Counted from the first letter of the whole stretch, positions 1 through 10,466 are shown. The stretch is 62,761 nucleotides of DNA, filler included, from Vannella sp. (GCA_023345925.1; 8 parts of 8 records of this genome joined end to end with filler, not necessarily neighbours in it), one strand, 5' to 3'. Notes: a model not told the origin generated them from the letters alone. Numbers and translations are program-made.

Positions 1-491
1 GAATGTGCATTAGGAGAGGATTATGTCAGTCCGGGACCGGTCCAGTTTTACGGTCCAAACGCAGATCGAATCACAATAACTCTGGCCGTAGAGAATGGAG
101 CCAACTACAAAGAAGAGGGCCCGACTGGCCAGGCGGTGCAATCTCCATTGACAGCCAAACTCTGATCATCCTTTCCTTCCTTTAAATGCAGCAATCAGCA
201 CCTAAAATTCATCCATTCTATCAAGGTGCATCTTCCAGGCCGGCGCAAGGGCAAATGCATCCGCAGTTTTCTCAAGAGCATCAGAGAATCTTTGGGACTA
301 CCTAGCACCGACCTACCTACCTCGTTTGCACTCTTCCCCAGAGCGCTCTGGTTGCGCTGAACTCTCTCGATTGGGTCACTGCCCCTTCACTCGTGGATTT
401 TCAGTACTAAATCCCAAAGGGCGGAAGTAATCGAAAAATCCGAGGGCCCGCGCATTTACGCACGAGATGCACTTATCTCGCACTCAAACGA

Positions 492-527
492 GGAAATGGG
501 GGAAATGGGGGAAATGGGGGAAATGGT
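492..527 (+). repeat. Tandem 9-mer (GGAAATGGG)x4 upstream of the GTPase gene
   Basis: ggaaatggg ggaaatggg ggaaatggg ggaaatggt read directly. Confidence 0.9.
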
Positions 528-611
528 GACGTGGCCAGTTGCACCAATGAATTCACAGTTGACGCAACTCAGACTCAGCTCCTTCCGACTTTCATTTGCA
601 CCCCGGCCACC

Positions 612-2068
612 ATGACAAGCGAGGAAGTTTTTGTTCCTTCTCCCGTTGACGATCCGAGGGAGGAAGCTTCTGTTCCTTTTCCCGATGTGCCTGTTGACAA
701 TCCGAGAGGAGATGTTGTGGGAGCTGTTCCCCGCAAGGGAGCCCTTCCGAGTGCTTGTTACTATGTCTTGGCGTTCTGTATCGCTGTCATCGCTCTTGGC
801 GTTCTCATCCCGAAGGAGGTCGCGTATATTCCACCGAGCCACGTGATGACGTTGACCCATTACCCCACTATCGGGCCATCGACCGGCACTTTGACGCTGG
901 TTTCGCAGAATCTAGTGCGGGGACCTGGTGTCCTTCACTTCGATGCTACGTTCAACAACCTGGCCTTTGAGATCGTCGACCCTGTGATTCAAGTGATGTA
1001 CTACAATCCAAACGATCAACGCACTGGCGCGAAGATGGTTGATGTCGTCTACAACTTGACATCCCGCCATTCTCTATCAGTTGGAATGCAAAACATTTCC
1101 CTCCAAATCCCATTCCCTTCTGAGAATGCCTTGCAAATGGCTATCGATCTTCGGGCTCATCTTCTCATTCAAGTGACGGACTCCAAGCGCGGCGACGTTC
1201 TTCTTGTCGAGACTATTCATCTACCCTCTGCCATTGTGTTCTCTCCATGGACCGATCATTTGAAAGGTCGAGCTATCCGGTTCATGACCTTTGGAGAGCA
1301 AGGAGTTGGCAAAACAACAATTCTTGAGGATTTGATGAACCTGCTTATCAATCTCCACAGCCGATTGCCCTTCGCTCCTCCTCGTAGTGGAGTTATTACA
1401 GATGCAGGAACGATTGGAGTGGTCCGAATGGAGCCTCTGACAAAGGAGAAGGGTTCGGTGGGGTCATCCCTGATCCCTTACGACACTGAAGGATCCAGTA
1501 GGTACTTACCATAGTGTACGTCGTTAATCTAAGTGTGGTAGATCTTGGAGTACATTTCTCGGGGTTGCTGGAAAGGATTTTGGCCAACCCTCCCCAAGAC
1601 CGGTACTTGGAGGTTCGAGGAGGTTCTAAGACAGAGAGACCAATCGAAGTTGAAATCCCTGTCAATCCCGATGGACCAGTGGACTTTGTCCTCTTCGTAA
1701 TCAGCGCGGCTTCTCTCATCGAAGGTGAGGATGGGGCAACTCTCAGTCAAGGCACTCTGGACAGCTTCAAAACGGTGATTCGCGCCATCGCCAGTCACAA
1801 TGACAAGAATCCCTCTAGATTGATCCAGCCAATCAAGTTAGTCACGTTTGGCGATCAAGGGACGGAAACAGCTGAGTGGTGCAAGGACCAAAATGGACAA
1901 CGCCTGTTGGCGGAGAAGGTCAACAAGAATCTCGGAAACGATCCCAATCCCATCCTGATTTACCAAACCTCCTGTGAAGGCTACAAGGTTGAAGACCGCA
2001 TCTACCTTCTTCAATCATTCGCTCGGCTTTTGAAGGAGATGATGGCCAAGATACCTCCTGCGCCCTGA
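612..2068 (+). CDS. Single-pass membrane protein with a C-terminal P-loop GTPase domain, IFI44-like; exons 612-1497 and 1542-2068
   Basis: ATG in GCCACCATG context. Hydrophobic helix YYVLAFCIAVIALGVLI. G1 GEQGVGKTT, G3-like YDTEG, then VDFVLFVISA and LVTFGD. Intron GTAGGT..TAG (1498-1541) joins ORFs 531..1514 and 1514..2068 in frame. Confidence 0.7.
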
Positions 2069-2283
2069 ACCTAACGCATTCGTTCTGTTTGGTCCTACAC
2101 TCAGTCTTTTCAAAACAAGCCGCAGATCTGAGTAGATACTGTGTGGAATAAACAGTTCTCCCTCCCATAGCCGAGGCTCAAACTCTCCGGGGCCAATTGC
2201 TGGTGCGGGAGGAGACTGCTTCGTTGGTCCTGCAGAGAGGAAGGCGAGAAGAAGGCGAATAGCAGAGTTAAAACTTCATTCTT

Positions 2284-4284
2284 TTACTCGCAATCGCTGT
2301 CATCCCAGTCACTGCCTTCATCTTCATCGTCTTTCCCAACAACTGCTCCTCGACGTTCCACAAGGGCGTTAAAAATCAAATTGAGGACGTTGGAGTCATC
2401 CTGAATGCTGGCAGGCTTCTTCTCTACCTCCTCCTTCAATCAAGTTAGTTACATTTGGTCTGATAGCTATGAGTTCGTTCGTACCACACGTTTCAAGGAG
2501 TTCCCTTGTCGGATTTGGGCTAAAAGATCCACTTGAGTTGGTGCTGACGCAGCAGAAGAGGCCTCAGCCTTTTTCAGCTTGACGGCAGAGAGATCTAATC
2601 CTCCTCCTCCTCCTCCAGCACTGGAGTTTGATGGTTTGGCAGAGAAAGATGGGAGATCACCAAGCATAGGAGCCATTGGAGGAGGGGGAATGTTCATTGG
2701 TGGTGGTGGGGGCGCTGGGGCGCTTATAGGAGGAGCAGCAGGGGGGCTAGAAGGAGGGCCAGATTTATCCTCTGCTTGAACCCGGCGCATTGCCTGAAAT
2801 GGTCAAAAGGAAATCAGTCAGTACTTTAGAAGACCTACCTGTTGGTTCTGCTTAAGAACTTCGTGAGACTCGCCGAGTTGCCCCATGAGTCTGGCTTGTT
2901 CATCAGCATACTCATCCAATTGAGCTTGCAATGCTCGAGTTCTTTCCTGTTCCTCAGCCAATCTAGCGTTGGCTTCTTCTAACTTCTGAGCAAAAGTTGC
3001 TTCTAACTTTGCAAAGACATCTTCGCCACCCTCTGCAGTAGCGCCACCAGCTCGAAGGCGCGCTAACTCCACTTCAAGGGATGTGTTCTTGTCTGTCTGT
3101 TCCCGGAAGCGGTTGCGCTCAGCATCAAGTTGGGTATTCAAGTCCTCCACTTCAGCTTTAAGCTTCGCTTTGGCTGTCTGGATAGTGGTGTGCGTCATCT
3201 TGAGTCCATTAAGAGCCGTTGCCTGACTATTATACTGTTGTAGCAACTCTTCATGAGTCAGATCCGCCGGACTTCGCTCCACTACCTCAGGAACAGGCGG
3301 TTTAGAGGAGGGAAGGAGAATATCTCCGTACTTCTGAAGGACGAAAGTGACCTCTTGTTGTGTCACTCCTTCGTATCCCAGGCCCTTGAAGAGCTTATCC
3401 AGTTTCTCAAAGAACTCAGCCAACTGAGGAGGCAGTCCTTTCGTACTTAATCCACCGGAATCGAATCCGGCATGTCCTTCATGTTTGACAGATCCGGCAA
3501 TAATCCCTCCAACGACTGCCTCCTTCTTCTTCTTGCCAAAGCCGAAGAACCCTCGTCGCTCCTTCTTCTTAGGCTCGTCATCTTGAGGGACAATTGGTGT
3601 GAGGTTCATTGGAGCACCTCCACCCGCCTTCTTCGCTTCCATGAGCTCCTTGAACTTCTCCTCGTCCGTTTTCTCAGGAGCAGACTCTTCTTGGACCAGC
3701 TCTCGTTGAGTCGCACCGTCCTCTTCATCGGTAGGGAGCTTGGCTTTCTTGCTCTTTCGGGCCTTCTTTGGTGTGTCCCCAGCTTCTGCTTCTGTCTTGG
3801 GCTTTCGGGCCTTTTTGGACGCTTCGGGGTCTGTAGCATCGTCGCTCTTGCTCTTCTTTGGCTTCTTGGCGGTTTCTGGGGTCTCAGGATCTTCCGCTGT
3901 GGGGTCAGAGGCCTTCTCGCCGGGCTTTTCTCGCTTCTCACGTCGAGAGCCTGTCCTCTTCTCTCCCTTGAGCTTCTCAATCGGACTCTCGGCGCCATTC
4001 TTCTCTTTCTTAGCCTTTCTCAGTTTCTCGGTTGCAGCGTCCGCTTCTCCTTCTTGTTTGTCATCGTCCTTAGCAATCTTGCTCTCCTCCTCATCAAGGA
4101 CCTTGGCTCTTGATGAGCTTCTTGGTTTCTCCCGTCGACTTGCAGCTTTGTCCTTCTTCGCCTTCTTGAGTTCCTCATCTCCTTCTTCGCCTTCGCCTTT
4201 CTTCTCTCGCTTCGCCTTCTTCTCCTCCACGCTCTTCGCCTTCTCAAGAGCATCTCCAGTCTCCTCCACAAGGTCCTCTGCCAT
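2284..4284 (-). CDS. WASP-family Arp2/3 activator lacking WH1: K/E-rich N-terminus, CRIB/GBD, coiled coil, polyproline, WH2, central and acidic motifs; introns 2794-2838 and 2434-2484
   Basis: CRIB-like SVKHEGHAGFDSGGLSTKGLPPQLAEFF; WH2 DLLAQIRQGNSLKRV; last exon NVLNLIFNALVERRGAVVGKDDEDEGSDWDDSDCE* with the acidic Trp. Both introns are GT-AG and in frame. Confidence 0.85.
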
Positions 4285-4389
4285 GTCTTCTAACACAAGA
4301 AAGAGGGCAAATGGTTGCAGGTTCAGTAAACGCCCTTCTCATTATGGGACTTTCCTTCCCAATAATCATGTCATTGGATCATCATTATT

Positions 4390-5453
4390 ATGGGCGACGA
4401 GAAGGAAGGCGCCAAGTGGAAGGACTGGACCAATGCTGGTGCTGGGAAGGAGTGGAAAGACGCCTTTTACTCGTTTACGAATGATCAAGAGAAGGCGAAG
4501 GAGGCGGTGACTGAGGTGGACGCTTCGCACTCTTGGCGAGAACTCGAATGGGATGAGAAGCGGGAAGAGTCCGCCAGACTCGTGGTTCAACAGGAGACCG
4601 AGCAGTTGACTGCAGAAGAGAGAGATACCTACGAAGTGAAAGCTGCAGGCTTCTGGGATGAGTTCTATGAGAAGCACAACAGCCAGTTCTTCAAACAGCG
4701 CAATTACTTGCCTAACGAGTTCCCAGAGCTGGTCTACACGCAGGCTCTCGTTGAAGGACAGCCAAAGAAGATTGTTGTTGAGCTGGGCTGTGGTAACGGC
4801 TCTTCCTTCTTCCCTCTTGTTGAGCAGTACCAACCGCTGGATCCCCGTCCCCTCGTTTACGGTCTAGACTTCAGCGCCACTGCGATTGATCATATCAAGG
4901 TATGCAACTAGTGTCCTTGTGTTGGATCGTGCTTATCAGATGCATGGGATAGGCTCGAGAGAAGTATGACGCGGAGAATTCCCGCGCGATCGTCTGCGAT
5001 CTCGTCCACGACGAGTTTCCTGAAGAGCTACGGGAAGGGAAGATTGACATTGCTCTGCTGGTGTTCGTTATGTCTGCGATCGACCCGGTGAACATGCCTT
5101 CTGTCCTTGAAAAGATCTTTCGAAGTTTGAAACCGGGAGGGGCACTCCTGTTTCGAGACTATGGGCTATACGACATGACACAGATGCGCTTTGTAGCCAA
5201 GAAAAGAAGAAAGATCGACGAGAGCTTCTACTTGAGAGCAGATGGCACTCGAACGTTCTTCTTCCAACTGGAGCGCCTCCAACAACTCTTCGTAGAAGCA
5301 GGCTTTGAGATCGATCGGCTACGATATGACACACGCGAGCTGAAGAACCGAAAGCGAATGCTCACAATGTACCGTGTGTGGGTCACTGGATTGCTGCGAC
5401 GACCACTTTCTAGAGAACCAGAAGAAACCAAAACAGAAGATACCAATCTATAG
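4390..5453 (+). CDS. METTL6: tRNA N3-methylcytidine methyltransferase (METTL6/METTL2/Trm140 family); intron 4900-4952
   Basis: FWDEFY..HNSQFFKQRNYL..EFPEL, VELGCGNG, DFSATAI, LKPGGALLFRDYGLYDMTQMRF, YLRADGTRTFFF. Confidence 0.9.
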
Positions 5454-5555
5454 AGACCCTTCGCATGCAAGTTCAAATCTTCTTTTACTTGCCAAAAGAG
5501 GTTCAGATCCTTCGCTTCAGTTTAGATCGGAAAAGCACCCTCATGTGAAAGTGCG

Positions 5556-6605
5556 TTAAAGGAAGCGGGCACTCTTCTTCCTGCTTCTGGTGAAGGAAAG
5601 AGGGAGAGCCGGCTGCACAGGGCAAAGTGTGGGAGTGGATTGATCGGTCTTGTGGTTGAGTCCGAGTTGTCCGCAATCGTTGTCTCCAAAGACCAGCAGG
5701 CCGCCTTCCTGAAGGAACGCCAAGGAATGGAATCTTCCCGCCACCAGAGCGCTCACTCCTGTGAGTGACGGGACCAGAGCGGGTAGGCACTGATCATTAG
5801 TATTACCCATCCCCAATCGCCCACATCCACCGTATCCCCAGGCCCACACGCCGCCATTCTCATCCAGGCAGAGAGTGTGAAAGCCTCCACAGGAGGCTGC
5901 AAGCATGGGAGGGATGTTACTGATTCTCTGTAGCTTTGAACTGTCCCCAGAAGAGCGCCCCACAAACCAGCTTCCAGAGGCGAAGACTCCTCCTTGCGAG
6001 TCGATGAGAATGATTCCTTCGGAGAAGGCAGCCAGGCACCGAAGAGGTCCTTCAGAACGGTCTTTCACTTGAACAAGGGTCGGTTGGAGAACTTTGTTGG
6101 TGTGACCGAGGCCCAGTTGTCCTTGCTTGTTGTTGCCCAACACCCAGAGTCCTTCTTCCGCCTCTGCCACCAGAAAATCGAAGCCACCAGCCACCTTGAT
6201 GAGTGGAGGGAGGCCTTCCACCTGTTTGGGAAGAGAAGGCACCCAAGAGTCATCTCCTCGGTGTGTCCACACCCAAAGGCCGCCTTCGGTGTCAAGGGCT
6301 GCGCAATGATGCGTGCCAGCAGCTACAAAAGCAATACAAGGAAGTTCTGGTACACGTTGAAAGGTGGAAATGGAAGAATAGGAACAGGAGCGACCAGCTT
6401 TCCACACACCGCCCTCCGCATCAAGAACGAGGGAGTGTTCGTGTCCCCAGTCCACCTGAACCGGCTGCGGGCCATTCCAGGGCACCTTGGCTGGTTGTAA
6501 TTGATTGTCTCTGTGACCAAGACCGAGCTGGCCCTCGTTGTTGCCTCCAAAAGCCAAAATGTCCCCCTCAATGGAGAGGAGGAGCGTGTGGGTGCCCAAA
6601 GGCAT
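5556..6605 (-). CDS. Intronless RCC1/BLIP-II repeat beta-propeller protein (multicopy family)
   Basis: Repeats FGGNNEGQLGLGH, LGNNKQGQLGLGH, CGGFHTLCLDENGGVWAWG, FGDNDCGQLGL. Start placed at the internal Met (6605) because the paralogue at 54951 begins at the homologous MPxGxHTLLLS. Confidence 0.88.
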   Translation of the reverse strand: MPLGTHTLLLSIEGDILAFGGNNEGQLGLGHRDNQLQPAKVPWNGPQPVQVDWGHEHSLVLDAEGGVWKAGRSCSYSSISTFQRVPELPCIAFVAAGTHHCAALDTEGGLWVWTHRGDDSWVPSLPKQVEGLPPLIKVAGGFDFLVAEAEEGLWVLGNNKQGQLGLGHTNKVLQPTLVQVKDRSEGPLRCLAAFSEGIILIDSQGGVFASGSWFVGRSSGDSSKLQRISNIPPMLAASCGGFHTLCLDENGGVWAWGYGGCGRLGMGNTNDQCLPALVPSLTGVSALVAGRFHSLAFLQEGGLLVFGDNDCGQLGLNHKTDQSTPTLCPVQPALPLSFTRSRKKSARFL

Positions 6606-6972
6606 CCTACTGAGAATGATGTCATACCGCTCAAGTCCTTCGCTCTCCTTACGACCCATACATTTGGTACATCAAGGCCAAATGGATGGCTGCGAGATCA
6701 AATGACGGTTCCCCTCCTTTCCTTTCCGTCCCTTTCCTCATGTGCAGCTCCATCATACTTATTTCGTATGCACAAACTTTCATACTTCAAGTACGGGACG
6801 CGTCCGAAGTGGATTAACGAGAGCCGCCCGTACTTTCCGAAATGAAGTGGTTGGTCCATGACTTGACCGATCACCAACTGGCCTGCCACCATGTCAGGAG
6901 AGAATCTCCTCCACAAGGTGACACAAGCAGTGGATGCCGGCACTGTGAGAGTGAGCAATCCTATGGCTTACA

Positions 6973-7072
6973 NNNNNNNNNNNNNNNNNNNNNNNNNNNN
7001 NNNNNNNNNNNNNNNNTTAATTAATTAANNNNNNNNNNNNNNNNNNNNNNNNNNNNNNNNNNNNNNNNNNNN
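6973..7072. other. Artificial contig linker (first of 7; others at 21211-21310, 27950-28049, 36573-36672, 42516-42615, 47867-47966, 55182-55281)
   Basis: Identical 44N-TTAATTAATTAA-44N block each time. The core puts stop codons in all six frames, and genes are truncated at these points. Confidence 0.99.
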
Positions 7073-7087
7073 CCTCAATTACCTCGA

Positions 7088-7276
7088 CCAATCACAAGCC
7101 AGCTTCTCCAACCAATCAAAGGGGGGGAAGTGAAATAATCATTACTCAATAATGAAAACACCCACACCCAATCAGGCCCTTGCTCATGCCACCCACTTTT
7201 TGTTCTGCTTTCTCGGGAGGCCATGCTCCGTGGCTGTGGGCAAGTTCTTCTTTTTCCTACTCCCTGTTCTGATTGG
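7088..7276. promoter_or_regulatory. Cluster of four CCAAT boxes upstream of the BRCT-NTPase gene
   Basis: CCAATCA at 7088, 7112 and 7168; reverse ATTGG at 7272; ATG at 7336. Confidence 0.5.
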
Positions 7277-7335
7277 TTCACCTGAACAGGGAAAGTCCTC
7301 CCTCAGATGGCGGTGATAAGTGCAGTCCCGGAGAG

Positions 7336-10300
7336 ATGAGCGAGCCCCCACAAATCTTCGCAGGTTGTACCCTCTTCTCTAAGATTTTCCTCGAGCCGGC
7401 TGGGCACGAGCTCAAGTCGCGAGTCATCAAGGCCGGAGGCGTGGTAGTTCGCGTGGACAACCCTTCGGTTCGGGTCCCCCTCCTTTGTGACCTTCTGCTG
7501 ACTGTTCCTTCAGGTCACACACTTAATCAGTACTTCTTCTGAGTGGGACCCGAATTCGTTGGCGCAGAGGAAAGCGATGTACACGACCTACATCCTTTCA
7601 GAAGATTGGGTTCAGCACTCTCTCCAACAAGAACTCCGCCTTCCAGAGAAGAGTTACTGCCTTGATTGCTCCCAGGTGAAACCCTTTTTGCTTCAAGAGC
7701 CACTTCGCTCACTTTGACAGCCTTCTGATCAGGAAGTGAAGCACTTCGAACATTTTGCAGGGTAAAGGGGCAACCTCATAACAGGTCCTTAACCTTGTCT
7801 TACTTGCTGGCACAGGAAACGAGCCAGATTAGATTCCCTGGATGAAAATGAGCCTTCAGCAAAGCGGCTAACCGTACCTGGTACCGAATCATCTCCATTC
7901 TTCACAGTTTACATTCCTGAATATTTGTAGTTGTGCTATCAGAAGAGTCTTCCGGGGAAGATTTGGTAAAATACTTCCAGAAGAATTGGGATACCCCAAC
8001 GACAGAAAGCGCTAAACAAAGCCGGAAACAGACATTTGAGATCCTAAAAAGTATCAACGGTGAGCTAAATCCACTTGCTACTTTGTAACTAGAGACTGAT
8101 GCTTTAACATCCTTGCAGGCAAACTCCTTTTTAGGAGTCGAGAAGAACTGCTGAAGGTTTTAAAAGATGGAGATATTCCTTTCAGCGACCGACATCTGAT
8201 TGCGGATGCGGCCGAAGATGCCCAAGGTATCTATCTATCTATCTATCTTTCTATCTATCTAACCATTTGTAAAGGCAATCACCAATTTAAGAGGATTACT
8301 CTTGGAAATCCAGCGAATCCTGAGGATTTCATTACCACCCTAAGAAAGTCGAGAGCCTTTAGGGAAAACCGTGACATACCAGACACAGTGATGAGGTCCC
8401 GAATTGAGTTTAATGGCGATCGAGGTCAAAGCTGCCTATCACTAATTGAGAACTTTGCTCTGCGCTTCTCTTTCGACAATCCTCGAGCCTCCATCGCAGC
8501 GACAGCGGGTACTCCTGGAATGGGCAAATCTCATTTCGTGATGATCGCTACAAATGGTGAGGAGCTGATACGAGAAGCTGGTGGAGAGGATCTTCTTGTT
8601 GAAAGGGACCCAGCAAATGCGGGGCTTATCCAGCGTTTGAACTCAGCAGTGGGATTGGCAGTGACTTTCAACTTTGGGCAAGAGATTAGGAAAGAAGAGT
8701 TAGCAGCGAACAGGAGCGAATCGAATGTGTTGAGTTCTCGGATTCTTTGCAACTACTTCTACGGACTTTCTGATGACATCCTGAAAGCCTTCATCAAACA
8801 TCTCATCCACACAGAAATCACAATCCAGCAGGCGCTTCGAATTGTACTCTACGATATGGACCAGCAAAAGCCAGGAAGAGATCTCATCTTAGCAATTGAT
8901 GAAACTATTCGCTTGGAGAGTTGCGGATCAGAGGATCTCTTCCTCTCGACAATCACCGATTTGGGAGCGATGCTTGACAAAGGTTTACCACTGTCGAGAG
9001 TGCATCTCTTGATTACTGCCCTTCGCAGCCAATTACTTCCTTATGATGCCACCGGGTCAAACCGTCCTATTCAACCGATTGCCCTTCCTCCCCTCTCACC
9101 AACAACATCATTGATGATAGGAAAACAGTGGCTCAGTAATCGCAAAGGCCCAGAACCAAATGATGACTTTCGACGGCTTCTCAAGGATTCCGCAGGTGTT
9201 CCTCGAGTTGTTCATGCGTGTTACGTTGCTTTCGCGAATTATCCTTTTTCGATGTACAACACCTTATTGGAGGTAACTGCAAATAAGCTTCGAACATTTT
9301 ACCCAACTGCTCACAAATTGGATAATCTCGGAGGAGCTCTGCACCTCCCGTTCCTGGTTCACCATTTCTTGACCGAGAGAAATATCCATGCTGCCCAGAA
9401 CCTGTTCGATACTCTTCAAACGCAGGGATTAGTGTTTGATCTGAAGGGAGAGATGAAAAAGGCTGAGGAGCGCCTGGATCACCGAAGCATGGGAATTCCT
9501 CCACTCTTATTCTTCACTTGGCAAAGAGATATCGACAAGACCTCAACCAATTTTGCCATGCTCGATTCTCTTCGACGCTTCTTCAATAGTGACCACCCTG
9601 GTGGAGGTAGATCACATTTTACAGGAAAAGATCATGAATGTCAAATATTCGAGCTTTGGCAAATTCTCAGTCTCGTCGAGGAGTATGCTCACAATGATCT
9701 CTTTGACTTATTGGAGGGTCACGCAGGATACTTTTCTTCAATCCGCTTGAGTAAGGGCTCAATCACGAAGGATTCATTCAAGGACAGAACAATTGCAAGT
9801 TTGTGGAGTCTTCCAACTGGCTCCTTCCACGCTGGTGGAGTTTGCACCATGCCCCTTTTGCGTCCTAGTCAGAAGCCTCATTACAGAAGAGGCGTGATTC
9901 CCTTCAAAACGAAAGAAGACATGAAGAAAGAGATCCGAAAACAAGCAGATAGCAAGAAGAGCCTTAAGGAGATGGAAGATTCCCAATCTCGTTTTGCGTT
10001 TGAAGTGGGCGATTTGCTTGTCCCTGAAAATGATTCATTTGCTGGTTTTGATGTGCTTCTTGTCGATCAAGACCTTAGTGATCCACCAAAGACCATCTTG
10101 ACTGCTCATGAGATCAAATTCACAGACGTTGACGTCAGCAACGAAGTCGGAATCCCACAAATCGTCAACAAGTTTGTAGACACGGTCTCACTTTATCCAC
10201 ACCTTACGGAGGCCTTTATGGAAGGTCGCCTCTGTTTCATGTTTGGGGGCATGCGAGCGTTTGCTAAAGGTGTGACCTTGGATAGCGTTGCGGATGGGAT

Positions 10301-10466
10301 CTTCTCGTCTATCAGGAGGAGATCGAGATTCAAAGAGGTAGAAGAAACCGAACTTCGGCAAATCGTGTTGAAATGCCTTGTCATCCTCGAACGCGCCCAC
10401 ACTCTCACAGTCATGAGCTGCAGCTTATCTTCTCGACCACAATACGCGACAATTCATAAAGAATAA
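7336..10466 (+). CDS. BRCT + SAM-like header + Crinkler/RHS-type P-loop NTPase + PD-(D/E)xK nuclease-fold protein, about 942 aa; exons 7336-7467, 7514-7675, 7721-7761, 7816-7880, 7931-8059, 8119-8226, 8275-10466
   Basis: Six GT-AG introns give one open frame of 2829 nt. BRCT: IFAGCT..IKAGGVVV..VTHLI..ILSEDWVQHSL..LPEKSY. Walker A GTPGMGKS, Walker B LILAIDE, SNRPIQPIALPPL, DSAGVPR. REase-like GKDHE..FAGFDVLL..HEIKFT. Confidence 0.8.
8228..8259 (+). repeat. (TATC)8 microsatellite forming most of intron 8227-8274
   Basis: tatc x5, tttc, tatc x2, followed by taac. Confidence 0.95.

Noticed and set aside
1..450. Possible 5' exons of a minus-strand gene at the window start
   Set aside because: Splice-like motifs exist, but I could not build a consistent frame or recognise a product
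3472..4510. Long hydrophobic ORFs 3472..4113 and 3740..4510 (also 15507..16292 and 61962..62738)
   Set aside because: Antisense shadows of low-complexity K/E- or P/Q-rich coding sequence
6789..6835. 9-bp inverted repeat AAGTACGGG/CCCGTACTT upstream of the RCC1 gene
   Set aside because: Short enough to be chance; not seen upstream of the 54951 paralogue
7017..7028. Recurrent TTAATTAATTAA palindrome (7 copies)
   Set aside because: Always centred in 88 Ns; an artificial six-frame-stop linker, not biology
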